Shown here piece by piece: positions 22,030-33,921 of a stretch of DNA of 42,105 nt (positions are counted from its first letter, which is position 1; each line of letters starts with the position of its first letter). A program made the position numbers and the translations under genes. The notes under the pieces are model-generated. The model was not told the DNA's origin. It did no database searches and was given only the letters and a program-made list of their open reading frames with translations. The stretch comes from Octopus bimaculoides (Eukaryota): contig NC_068983.1 of the NCBI RefSeq assembly GCF_001194135.2, positions 66,396,214 through 66,438,318 of the forward strand, given 5' to 3'.

Positions 22030-24540
22030 TTGTTTTCTTGGCTGGTAATTTCAATAGACATGTTGGGCAGAACCATGATGGCAACACTAGAGTATATGGC
22101 AGTTATGGTTGTGGTTCTCAGAATGAGGTGGCATCATGGATTCTAGAGTTTTGTGACAGAAATAAATGAGCCACTTGACCACTTTCAAATCAGATGAACA
22201 AATAAACCAGACAAATTTCATATTCAGTAGGAATCTGGAAAATGGTTATAAATACCAAATCCTTCTTCAGTGAAATATGTACCACCCAACATAAGTTACT
22301 CGTTAGTGACTTGAAAATAGCAGTCGAATAGACTGAGAAATGAAAAACATTCTGGAGTAGGAAGATGTGAAAACTGAAATACTCTTCAACCAAATATATG
22401 TTAAAGGTTGTTCTAGTGGACATATGAAATGAAAGGGAGGAGAAAATGGAAATCTATAATATACAGGACAAATGAGAATTTTTATGATGCAGTCTGCTGC
22501 AACCTACAAACCATTCTTGTAGTTGGAGCCCGTTAGCAGCTAGACATAAAATAACATGATGGTAAACAGAGCAATAAAAGTTAAAAGACAAGCAAGCATG
22601 GAATGAATCAAAGAATGGGACAGCAAAGAACTATATCACATAGCAAAATAGGAAGCTAGATGACAAGAGTAGGTAGGTTAAAGAGAAATAGAAAGCAGGA
22701 AATTTGCTTGTGTTCTGCAACAAGAAGATTAGAGGTGTGAGGTACTTTGGATTGCAAAGCAGTCTACCTGGATAAATTAAGGTTATTTGAGGAAAAGTGC
22801 ATTTAAAACAATAGTAATACACTTAATCTCACTTATAAGAGGCTTTGAAATGTTATGAGAAGCTTCTCAATGTGGAAAAACATATACAGAAAGATAAGCT
22901 ACTGAAGTGGATAGTTATATGGTTAAAATGATCATTAACAATAGGAAAGCAAGGAAAGCAGTGAATTTATCCAGCATATTTGCTGTCTAGTGAAGTATGT
23001 TCAGAGCTAGTTCCGTAATCAACCAGGAAATACAAGGAGGTGTTGTCACATTCAAAGAATGGTGTAGCAGTATAATCAACTGCTATACAAGCAAAGGAGA
23101 TGATTTGCAAATAAGCAACTGCAGAGACATCAGACTAAAGGACCAAGTTACGAAAGTAAGGGTAAGAGTATTAGGGCAATTAATTAGTAAGGGAATAAGC
23201 TTAGATGAGATGCAGCTTGAACTTGTGCCAATCTGTAGTACTACTGATACTTTTTCAGAGTGTAACAACTGCAATAGGAATTTTTAACTGAGAAGAAACG
23301 TCTCTACCAAGCAGTTTGTTTGGAGAAGACCTTTGGCAGGGTGTCTCAATCTGAAATCTAGTGGTCTTTAAGAAAACTAACTGTAGACAAATGGCTTTTA
23401 ATAGTGGTACAAACCATGTACTGGAATGCAGTCAGCAAAATGAATGTTGGCAATGAATTTAGCAAGGAATTTAGCATGCAAGTAGATGTTCACTAAGGCT
23501 TGGTTCTCATCACTGTCATTAAATTATTCCAAACAGAGTCATCTAAGATTCCACCGGAACTTCTATTTGTTGATATAATTAGTTCTTAGAGTAGAATCTG
23601 TGAAATACTTAAAGAAGAAATTCCAAATGGGCAAGCAAAAACTAGTCGAAAGACTCCATGAAAACTTGGCAAATACCAAATGTTTTAGGGAGTAGAAAAG
23701 AGAACAAGGCACTTCTGCCATCAGGGAAATGGCTGTACTTGACATGCAGAAAAGGAGTAGAAAGGTTCTCCATGCAGCATACATGATGTGAGCTATGGGT
23801 ACACATTACATGTACTAGGATCAGAGGAAGCTGATGATAAATAGGGATTTTGTATGTGGGATACGTACAGGAGTAGTTATAGCACTACTAAAATAACTTC
23901 TTTTTAATGCTTGGAAGCTCTACAGAAGTGGTTGCATTCCATCTGTCACTTGGGCAACCTATTCAGCAGTGAAGGAAGGTACTCTGAAAACATGGTAGCC
24001 AGAATAAGGACAGACTGAAACAAGTTCAAAAGCCATTACATCTACTGGTATCAAAGGGATTCTCTTTTCAGGTAGAGAAAGAATTGTAAATTGATTATGT
24101 ACAAAATGCAATACTGTGATACACAATAGTGTGACAGAGTAACTGAATGCAGAAGATATATAAAGGCTGGAGAGAAATGAAGCCAGTATATTCTGTTGGA
24201 TGTGTAATGCTGGTATGCATGAATAACGTGGAACAGTTGAACTGTGAAATAAAATAGGTGTAAGAAAAATTAGTTGTAGTATGCAGGAATGAAGGCAGCA
24301 TTGGTATGGATGTGTAAAACACATAAAGGATGCTAGAGGGGCAAAGAAGTGCCTGGATAGTGACATAGAAGGAACTGAGGAAGACCAAAGAAGATATGGA
24401 CTGAATTGGTAAAAGCTGATTTCAAATTCTGAATCTCATACAAGAAATGATAAAAGAGTGTAGCAAATAGTGAGATGTATTGAAAAAGGCCTGTCTAACC
24501 CAGCAAGCATAGGAAAGCTAATGGGAAAATGATAGTGACA
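22030..24540 (+). mobile_element. Old, long RTE LINE copy (APE - linker - RT - C-terminus - 3' end), heavily mutated and deleted
   Basis: LAGNFNRHVG..GSQNE..ILEFCD (APE), EVLWIAKQ linker, WCSSIINCYTSKGD..LDEMQ..STTD (RT), downstream ctggagagaaatgaagccag..ttggatgtgtaatg, gcattggtatgga, and a degenerate 3' end aacccagcaagcataggaaag. Confidence 0.75.
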
Positions 24541-27224
24541 AGGACAATAAGTATATAGTAAAATAAAATACTTTAAGGTCTCTATTGATTAATGTGACTG
24601 ATTAGTATATTTTACACAAATTAAGTGAATCTTCTGTGTAAAGATTTGTGGTAGTAAATATTGCTTCGAAGTTAGAAAACTTAAACTTTGTTTAGATATG
24701 TGAAAGTCCATGAAAAATATGGAGTGAAATGTAAAATGTTAGTGATTATGACAATCAGAATAGCAGTAAACAATGGAAAACTTTGTAAAAGTTATTTGTG
24801 AAGCAAGAGAGAAAGACTCACAGGGAAAAATCAATAACAAATGAGATAAGTTAAGGGAAATCTTTAGTTGAAAAGTATCATTCCTTACAAAACATAATAT
24901 TACATGAAATAAAGCTTATTGAGTAAAACCATCATAGAAGAAAGATATTATTAAGAACTGAATATCAAACATTCAATGTGGATAAAGAAGAGCTTCTCAA
25001 GAGGGATAGGTATATCTCAGAAGAGCAAACATTAGAAGTAACTTCAAACAAAGTAGTAGAATATTTCTATTGTTATTCTATGGTGAAGGATATTGGTGTA
25101 GATAAATATGCCTCTTATAAACTGTTGACAATGAAGGAAACGGTTCAAACGTTATCCAAAACTTCTAACCCAAAGATAACATATCACAGCAATCTAAACT
25201 ATAAAAAAAAAAGAGAGAAAGAATAAAAATGATAGATTAAAATTTACTAAATAAAAGTTGTTAGATAAACATTATCACAACCGCTTCTATTGAATTTTTC
25301 TTTTAGATTCAAATGTTGTAAGACTGAATGATTTCTTGAAAATATTGCTTATAAATGAACATGCTGTCATTCATTTTGGCAGGGTAGTTTAACTGATTTT
25401 AATTAGTGAACATTCTTAAGAGTTCTGAATCAGCAAATATTCTGAGGCCCAAACATCACTTAGATATAGCAAAGCCACTTCAAGTTATTCTTCTAACAGT
25501 TTCAGTTTCTTTCTTAAATTCTTTGTCTCTACAAGTGCCCAGAAGTTTGTATGTACATGAGTGGGTGTTCTTCCTGTTGTGAAAGTTGTTTATCATTTCG
25601 TTAACCATACTCATTCGGATAAAATGCTTTACATTTCACCACTAAATTTCTGTGAAAAATGCCATTGGTAAAAAAATAACAGTCTGTAAATCAAAGTATA
25701 TCAAAAGAAAACACAAAAAAAAAAAAAGGAAACAAAAAAGGATACAAGAAACTAAGTTTTGATATCTTATACATACATTGATTTTGGGTAGCTGACATTT
25801 TATTTTAACAAACAGCTTTCGGTAAGTTTCCAGTTTTGAAAACTCTTGAAGCAAATGGAGCTGAAGATAAGTAGACACTACAACCACATCATTCTTTTAA
25901 TACATGTACAAACACATATTTACATCCACTCATTCACCTATGCTTCTGTGTAGTTATGCACACATAAAACACACTTACTAGCATTGTATATATTTTAATC
26001 AATTATTGTTAGGAAAAATGCTTCTTCATCTGTTATAAATCAATATGTCAAGAAAAATATTCTATCATTTAATGTTTGTCCTGAGGGTATAGTCATGCAA
26101 TGAGAATATCTATCTTGTCATCATGTTAGTTTTTATGCAGTCTTCCACTTATATCTTTATGTACAGTTCTGCAGTTATTGAAATATACTTGATGTAGTAT
26201 GAGTGTTTGTCAAACCTGATATTTCTTTTAAAATGACCACAACAAACTTGCTGTTTCTTCTCCTTCTCTTATGTTTTTACTTGCTACTTACCTGAAACAT
26301 TGTGCATTTAAGTATTAGTTGGAAGAGGTGTTACATTGTCTATATATTTTTTTATAAAAGATGCACTATCAGCCAAAGGTCAGTGGTTCATAACCTGTCA
26401 CATCACCATTCATGTACTGGAAATCTAGTCAAATACAAATGGTCCAGTTTATCTAAGTGCAAATTAGTATCAGATGGTAAATAAATTTTACTGCTGTAAA
26501 ACTTTTATTTTCTCAATTACTTTTTGAGCATAATATGGAGTTTACTGATCTAACCAAGTTGATGATCTACACTATATGAAGCCAAGATCTTCAGAAACAT
26601 TCTCTGAGGCCTAATGAACCACAAGATTCATCATTGTCATTAGTAGATTTGGAAGTAAGAATAAATGGGCATTAATATGTTTAATGCAATGTTTGATGGT
26701 TGGTTGCTGTAAGGAAAATATGAACTGAGAAATTATTTAAAGAGATACGCAATTTTGAAAGTAAGGATGAGACGAGTCATTAATACAAAACTAAGTAGTG
26801 GTGATACATTGCAAGAATGATAAGAAGTTTAGAAACAGATGCATATGGTAAATAATAAATTCATAAAATCAGACAGTGCTTTTAGATAAATTAACATAGA
26901 GCAAGAGTACATTTTGATGATATTAGAAAATAAAGGTTTAATTATTTTGAGGATTAATTTTATTAAATGCACCCTAGAATATGAATATATGTGGTTTGAG
27001 CTCTGGCCAAAGTAGTAAAAGTTAATTTGTACTTTGTATGGAGATAACTGAAATATTTTATGGATATGAAACCTAAGCCAAATTTTTCTGCTGCAGTCCT
27101 GGCAATATGTAGAAAATGTAATCACTTGAGAATCAACATTAAACACTTAAGGAGTGCAAGATTAGATTATCTTGCAGTCTTTAGTTTTATCTGGTGCATT
27201 CCAGAATTTTTTAGACTAGTTCAG

Positions 27225-27900
27225 GTGAGACATTTATTAATTTCAAAGAAGTATAAAACTCTAATCTCCTTCAAAGAAAGACCCTCTGTCTTCAATGCAC
27301 TTGTAGAGCTCTCACCATTTTATGAAGGCCCCATGGAAGTCCTCCAAAGTGTAAGTGTCCAAGACCCTTGTCATAGCCGTCTTCATCATCTCAACATCTT
27401 CAAAATGACTGATGCTGAGGCTCTCCTTCAGATTGTGGCACAACCAAAAGTCACAGAGAGTAAGGTCAGGACTGTAATAAGGATGTGGGAGAATTTTGAT
27501 GCTCATCTCTGTCAAGTAATTGGTTACCCGGATGGAATTGTGAACTGGTGCGTTGTCCTGGTGCAAGTACTTCGATTTGAGTGGAAGAGCTCTTGCCTTT
27601 TGTGATGAAATCTTTTCCTGAACTCCCTTGAAATCTTCACAAAAAAATCTTTGTTGACTGTCTGGCCAGAAGGTACCTAGTGGATGTAGATGATACCCTT
27701 GCTGTCGAAAAAGGGATCATCATGAGCTTCTTGATGGGCTTGTTTTGCCTGTCCTCTTGTGCCAGTGAGAAACAGATGCTCAACTCATAAAAGTTAATCC
27801 ATCGTCAGTCTGGAGCATTTTGTAAGATTTTGTAGCATTTTTACTCAGCTTAACACAAAACTTTATTGCATAGCAAGCTTCTAAATTGTCTTCACATCCC
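27225..27900 (-). mobile_element. mariner transposase relic, internally deleted
   Basis: HQDNAPVHNSIRVTNYL..HPYYSPDLTLCDFWL..F..W, followed by YKCIEDRGSFFEGD*. Confidence 0.85.
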
Positions 27901-27943
27901 AACTATATTCCACTGTGACAAGCGGTATTTAGTACAGTGTGTA

Positions 27944-28260
27944 GAAGGCATGTGACTTAGTAGTTAGGGTATTCAGCCCATGATTATAAGGTTGTGAGTT
28001 TGGTTCTTGGCAGTAAATTGTGTCCTTGAGCAAGACACTTATTTTCATGTGGCTCTAGTGCACTCAACTGGCAGAAATGAATAGTATCCATATTTCAAAA
28101 GGATAGCTTTGTCACATTTTGTGTTATGTTGAATCTCCCTGAGAACTACATTAAGAGTACATGTTTCTGTGGAGTGCTCAGCCACTTACACATTAATTTC
28201 ACAAGCAAGCTGTTCCATTATGTGGAACCCCTGTCATCATAACCAACAGAGTGCCAGTTA
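27944..28260 (+). mobile_element. tRNA-derived SINE (V/CORE-like body)
   Basis: Head gtgacttagtagttagggtatt..gtgagtttggttc, body tgtgtccttgagcaagacacttattttcatgtggctc shared with 6633-6872. Confidence 0.8.
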
Positions 28261-28937
28261 GTATGTTCAAAGTCCTGTTGCAGCCATTTCCTTCAATCTG
28301 AAATAAAAATAGTTGGCAGATCAACTTATTTTAGTAATGATATCCTAGGACAGTTACAACTGCCTCTCCTAAAAGAATGCCTCAAAACTTCTGGAATGCA
28401 CCTCTTACACCCACAGTTCAAATACCACTTGACTTGACTCCATCTTTTATCTTCACAAAGTTATCAAAATAACTACATGTTATACACTAAAGTTCAGTTC
28501 AGTCAGTTATACTTGTACCACTAGATCTGGAGATATGTTTCAATGTGATCTTTTAGGACTCATTAAAGGTTAAAATGGAAATACTGTCATACATGATGAG
28601 CAGAATATCAGATCCCTTTCAGTCACATAAGAGAAGAAATGATACCAAGTGATGTTCAAATCTGTCATAAACGAATTGTTGGTGTATATAAAATGAAAGT
28701 ACTACTAATAATAAAAATAACTTCTTAAAATCACACAATGCAATTAAAATCTCCTTAAATTAACTCTAGTACAAAAGAGCTACTTATTTTATTGATACCA
28801 GAGATTGAAAAGTAGAATTTCAAACTTAGGCTGGAGAGCAATTGAAGAAAATACTGCAAGGTATAGAACACTATTAATTCTACTATATCATTGCCTATCA
28901 CCACTACTACCACCTCCATCACTGCCACCACTGCTGT

Positions 28938-28975
<38 letters not shown>

Positions 28976-29572
28976 TGTTTGCTATTCAGAATATAAATCA
29001 AAGTTGAATATAGTTGTATTTTTTACAGCAAATCTTTATCATATCAATTTAGCATTTTTATTTTATCTTCCCTCAATTTTAAGGGGCATATATAGATGAT
29101 GTAGCTATGTTATTAGAAAAAGTAAAATCTTATTTTTAAAAAGAAAAAAAAAAAGAAAAGAAAAATAACTCTTAATTGATAGAATGTGACACCTGCAAGC
29201 AGTTTGAAAATGCATTGACTGAAAGCAAAATTATTGATCCATGTCAATTCATCATCTCAAAAGTCCAAAAGCAAGACCTTCATATTGATTTTGTATTATA
29301 TTTAGCCCATTTCTGATTTTCTTACCTAAAAACAAAAATGTAATGTAAAAAAAAAAAAAATATCAGCTTCACATTTTACTATAATTCAGTTTCTTCACTC
29401 AGAATCATCGTTGAAAGGTAATTTTGCTTCTTACATGCTTTGTTGTTTTAGTTTTCTAGGGTATTTTATTGACTTTACATGTGTGAGTTTGTGTGTTTAC
29501 TCATTAAAATAAAAAAGGAAACCACATGCTAGAATAAAGAACTTGATACCAGCTTATGAAGTGGTAGAGTAT

Positions 29573-29660
29573 TATCATCATCATCATCATTTAATGTCCA
29601 CCTTCCATGCTGGTGTGGGTGGGACAGTTTGACACGAGCCAGCCAAGCGGAAGCCTTCAG
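29573..29660 (-). mobile_element. Short RTE-type 3' end with (GAT)n tail
   Basis: catcatcatttaatgtccaccttccatgctgg..gacagtttgac. Confidence 0.8.
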
Positions 29661-30260
29661 ATGTAATATCCGTGTGTGTGTCTGTATGTGTGTGTGTGTG
29701 TGTATGTGTGTGTGTGTGTGCACGTGTATGAGAGAGAGTGAGAGAGTGAGTGAGTGCATGCATGCGTGTGTATCATTTCTAACTTTTAAAGTTAATATCT
29801 AGGTCACCCATATATTTTTTTTATTTTTTTGAGAAAAATATCATCTGAAGTACTTCATCAGACTCATACCATCTTGGCTATAATTGAGATATAGTCATGT
29901 GTTTACTAGCAGGTTACTTAGTCTAGTATGGCATATTTAATCTTTTATTAGTTCCCCTAAACTTAGTTTCTCACTGACAAGATGGTGTTTCCTTTCAGAT
30001 GAAATCAATTTCTTTTTGATATTTTAAAACTATAATGGCACAACAGAGAATACAGTGCCAGATTAAATTACCTTGTAGTTCTATCCATTTAAATTCTGAG
30101 TTCAAATACAGATTGTACTGTTTATGCCTTTCTTTCATTCAGGGCTGAGCTGGTAAAATTGTTAGCAAGCAGAACAAAATGATTTGCGGAATTTTTGAGT
30201 TCAAATTTCACCAAAGTTGGCCCTGATTATCACCTTTCAAGGTTGATAAAATAAGTACCA

Positions 30261-30296
30261 TACTGGGTTCTCATTCCTGAGGTATTTTTCGATGTT

Positions 30297-30335
<39 letters not shown>

Positions 30336-30658
30336 TCACTGCCTGGAATTGAACTCGGAATCTTGGGGTTAGTAGCCTGTGCTCTTAACCACTATTCCCA
30401 CAGGCATATGGCATAGTGGTTAAGAGCGCAGGCTACTAACTCCAAGATTCCGAGTTTGATTCCAGGCAGTGACCTGAATAACAATAATAATAATAATAAT
30501 AATAACAATATCGAAAAATACCTTAGGAATGAGAACCCAGGTTCGAAATTTCCCCAAGACACCTGATGAAGGCTGGAGGGTATATCAACCGAAACATTGT
30601 GTTAACAACAAACAAGATGAGGACAAATATCCATCAATTGTAAATAATGTAAATAATG
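30261..30658 (+). mobile_element. Composite element, copy 2: inverted tRNA-like head duplication + (AAT)n + hammerhead motif + (TGTAAATAA)2 tail; 13-bp TSD
   Basis: Arms 30263-30394 and 30414-30540 are inverted; A-box tggcatagtgg at 30409-30419, B-box gagtttgattcc at 30452-30463; TSD aaaataagtacca at 30248-30260 and 30659-30671. Confidence 0.9.
30558..30603 (+). ncRNA. Minimal type I hammerhead ribozyme motif (Penelope-type), partly decayed
   Basis: gacac-CTGATGA-a-ggctg-gagggtatat-caacc-GAAAC-att-gtgtt: stem I gacac/gtgtt, stem II ggctg/cagcc (intact in copy 1), conserved core; stem III is the minimal palindromic type if the ancestral state was aacgtt. Confidence 0.7.
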
Positions 30659-31296
30659 AAAATAAGTACCAGTTTAACACTGGGGATCAATGCAATTGAC
30701 TATCCCCCCTTGCATCAAAATTTCAAACTTTGTGCCTATAGCAGGAAGGATTTAAGGTAGTAAAATGACTCACAACAGTGAACTGGACTGTATTCAATTG
30801 AATATAACCACCACTCACTTGAAAATCTGCCTTTGTACGAAATTAAGAAATTCATATTTAAAAAGCAAAAATACATACATTATTTCTTAACTTTAAGAAG
30901 TGCATAGCAAGGTAGCTACTTGAATTCAGGTAATGTACACATTAGTGATATAAGTGGCATTAGGCAGTACAAAAATCAACTTGACTTGTGTAAAGTGAAG
31001 TGGCACCAACTGGGAACGGATATCAAGTTATGGACTTGGCCCATTGAAACCACTTAAGAATCATTCTTCTTTTTTTTATTAATATACACATTCAGTCCTC
31101 TGTAACAACATCCTACTCACTACAAAATATTCTATTCCAAAATATATGACAGCACCTAACCTATCACAACACATTTACCATGATGAATTGTCTACCACAA
31201 CACTTCACCTGCTAGAAACAACTGCAAAATATCCCTCAAGCTATGTCCTACTGTTTTAAAAAATGAGCATGTAAAATAATTTATTGTATGTACCTA

Positions 31297-32427
31297 TCAT
31301 CATCATCATCATCATCATTTAACGTCCATTGTCCATGCTGGCTTGGGTTGGATGGTGTGACAAGAACTTGTAAGCTGAGGAGCTGCGCCAGACTCTAGTC
31401 TGATTTGGCATGTTTTCTACAGTTGGATGCCCTTCCTGACAACACCCACTTTAAAGAGTGTGCTGGATATTTTTATGTGGCACCACATGGGTGTTTTTGC
31501 ATGATGCTGCATGGGCGCTTTTACATGGCACTGCATAAATGCTTTTACATGTCACTGCACAGGCGCTTTTACATGGCACCACATGGGTGTTTTCACGCAG
31601 CACTTCACAAGTGCTTTACACCACCAGAAGGATTGTTCTTAACACTTCTGCTGTGGAGTACAGGTCTTCTTGAGTACAGTAAAATGCCAGGTATCTCGGT
31701 CCTTTATCATCTCGCCTGAAAGGGTCAGCATCCTGAGGTCGTTCTTCAGTACTTCATCTCATGTTTTCCTGGGTCTCCCACTTCCACATGTTCCATTCAC
31801 TTTGAGAGATCAGCACTTCTTTATGGAGTTGTAGGCATCCCTCTGCATCACATGACTAAACCATCACAGTCTTTTCTCTTGCACACAGCAACTAATTCCT
31901 CTTATGCTTAACTTCTCTCTCAGAACACTGGCACTCTTTCAAATATGTACACTTAACATTACACATCCAGCAAAGCATACTAGCCTCATTTCTTTCTAAC
32001 CTTATCATGTCCCTGCATTCAGGGCCCATGTCACACTACCATGTAGAATTGCTGTCCATATGCATGCATCATACAATCTTCCTTTCATTTGGAGAGAGAA
32101 ATCTTTCATGGCCAACAGAGGTAACAACTCTCTGAATTTCCTTCACCCTATTCTTATTCTAGTCATCACACTCTTCATGCATCCTCCCCCACTACTTATT
32201 TGATACCCCTAGGTAGCAGAAATTATCTATTACCTCTAATGAGCCACCAAGGCATTTCAGAGTATCAGTTTCCTGAGTCTCTAAAATTTTTATGGATCCT
32301 GTGCATTTTCCACATACAGAAACTTCCTTCTCTGATAACCTCCCAGTTAACCCACTGCACCTCCTGTGTATCCATAGCTTACACTAGATACACTCTGTGG
32401 AGTTTCTGCCTACACCTTTCCTACAAA
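31297..32427 (-). mobile_element. RTE LINE 3' ~1.1 kb (ORF2 C-terminus, 3' UTR with 24-bp tandem repeats, (GAT)n tail)
   Basis: CRKGVGRNSTECI*CKLWIHRRCSGLTGRL, G*RKFRELLPLL, later VQEKRL..GRPRK..DLRML; tail catcatcatttaacgtcc at 31297. Confidence 0.9.
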
Positions 32428-32429
32428 TT

Positions 32430-32698
32430 GATGCTTCAAGTCCCAAACAAAATCCAGCAGTACATCTTTATCTTAGCTTATCCATAAACTCAAGAACGAA
32501 TCAACTTCTTAGGCTTTTAAGTGGTCCATAGTTACCCACAGCAAACCATACAGTGGCTATAATAACAAGTGTGGTCTCTGCATAACCGAAGTCTTAGCTA
32601 TTATGCAATCCACAGATTGCCTTAATGAATGCATAATGAACAGCATAATTTTCACCTGTAGACGTTGATTTCACAATATATTCTCAAAATACAAATAA
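32430..32698 (+). mobile_element. Penelope-like element GIY-YIG endonuclease C-terminal fragment
   Basis: Translation STSLS*LIHKLKNE..FKWSIVTHSKPYSGYNNKCGLCITEVLAI..CLNE..IFTCRR matches the Penelope pattern LS.YI..LK..W.I...PY...C.LC..E..I..LN....C(R)H. Confidence 0.65.
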
Positions 32699-33059
32699 CA
32701 ACACCCCCCACCACATCATTTCCCCTAGCCTTCATAGACATCTCTCCCTTATTTACCCACATAATGACTAAATATTATACTACCAATATTTTCCTATTAT
32801 ATTGCCTTTAACTCATTGTTGTTTATATCTATCGTTATCTTTCCTTACCATTTACACCCTTTTCTTCTTATTACACCTGCCTCCCCAACCCTTTGTAAAT
32901 TTACAAACACATACACCTCTAGTATTTCTTACAGAAAACATGCTTGCATGTTTAGATTTTAGATTTTAAATATTTCTGGGGGAGGTTTTGGAATGTAATA
33001 CCCGTGATAGTCAAGGGATTACTGTATATATGTATTTATATATATATATATATATATAT

Positions 33060-33673
33060 NNNNNNNNNNNNNNNNNNNNNNNNNNNNNNNNNNNNNNNNN
33101 NNNNNNNNNNNNNNNNNNNNNNNNNNNNNNNNNNNNNNNNNNNNNNNNNNNNNNNNNNNNNNNNNNNNNNNNNNNNNNNNNNNNNNNNNNNNNNNNNNNN
33201 NNNNNNNNNNNNNNNNNNNNNNNNNNNNNNNNNNNNNNNNNNNNNNNNNNNNNNNNNNNNNNNNNNNNNNNNNNNNNNNNNNNNNNNNNNNNNNNNNNNN
33301 NNNNNNNNNNNNNNNNNNNNNNNNNNNNNNNNNNNNNNNNNNNNNNNNNNNNNNNNNNNNNNNNNNNNNNNNNNNNNNNNNNNNNNNNNNNNNNNNNNNN
33401 NNNNNNNNNNNNNNNNNNNNNNNNNNNNNNNNNNNNNNNNNNNNNNNNNNNNNNNNNNNNNNNNNNNNNNNNNNNNNNNNNNNNNNNNNNNNNNNNNNNN
33501 NNNNNNNNNNNNNNNNNNNNNNNNNNNNNNNNNNNNNNNNNNNNNNNNNNNNNNNNNNNNNNNNNNNNNNNNNNNNNNNNNNNNNNNNNNNNNNNNNNNN
33601 NNNNNNNNNNNNNNNNNNNNNNNNNNNNNNNNNNNNNNNNNNNNNNNNNNNNNNNNNNNNNNNNNNNNNNNNN
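33060..33673. other. Assembly gap (N run)
   Basis: N run bordered by (TA)n. Confidence 1.
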
Positions 33674-33684
33674 ATGTATGTATA

Positions 33685-33886
33685 TGAAGGGGTATCAAAC
33701 AGTTCTTGGCTTTGGGTAAAAGAAAAGACAGGAGTATCAGTTAATTTTGATCTTGTTCAACACATTCCTCACTCAGATTTACACACTTATTGCAGCGGTC
33801 CTTTAGTTTTTCTAAGCCCTGTAAAAGAACCCATAAGTTTGGGCCTTTCATGGTACCCTTAAAGCCAGGAACTTTTCAGCACCCCC

Positions 33887-33889
<3 letters not shown>
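33685..33889 (-). mobile_element. mariner-derived MITE (~205 bp)
   Basis: TIRs tgaaggggtatcaaacagttcttggcttt and aaagccaggaacttttcagcacccccttg, TA on the left; internal minus-strand DRCNKCVNLSEECVEQ resembles the mariner C-terminus (RW.KC...G.YVE). Confidence 0.75.

Positions 33890-33921
<32 letters not shown>

Larger units (their letters stand above)
30141..30745 (+). mobile_element. SINE (10780 family) split by the 30261-30658 insertion
   Basis: Head gagctggtaaaattgttagc..gagttcaaatt..ggttgataaaataagtacca resumes after the insertion as aaaataagtaccagtttaacactgggg..aaaatttc..tgtgcc. Confidence 0.8.

Noticed and set aside
29835-29865. Minus-strand CTGATGAAG motif
   Set aside because: No GAAA core half or compatible stems nearby; not a hammerhead.
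30409-30475. tRNA-like sequence with an apparent ACT anticodon loop
   Set aside because: No proper acceptor stem, decayed B-box, and embedded in a multicopy element with a TSD; a SINE-type head and not a tRNA gene.
30263-30540. Repeat/spacer or CRISPR-like interpretation of the palindrome and of the 24-bp and 60-bp arrays
   Set aside because: Eukaryotic context, no unique spacers, no cas genes; the units are degenerate tandem copies.
32988-33719. 220-243 aa ORFs
   Set aside because: Almost entirely translated N gap.
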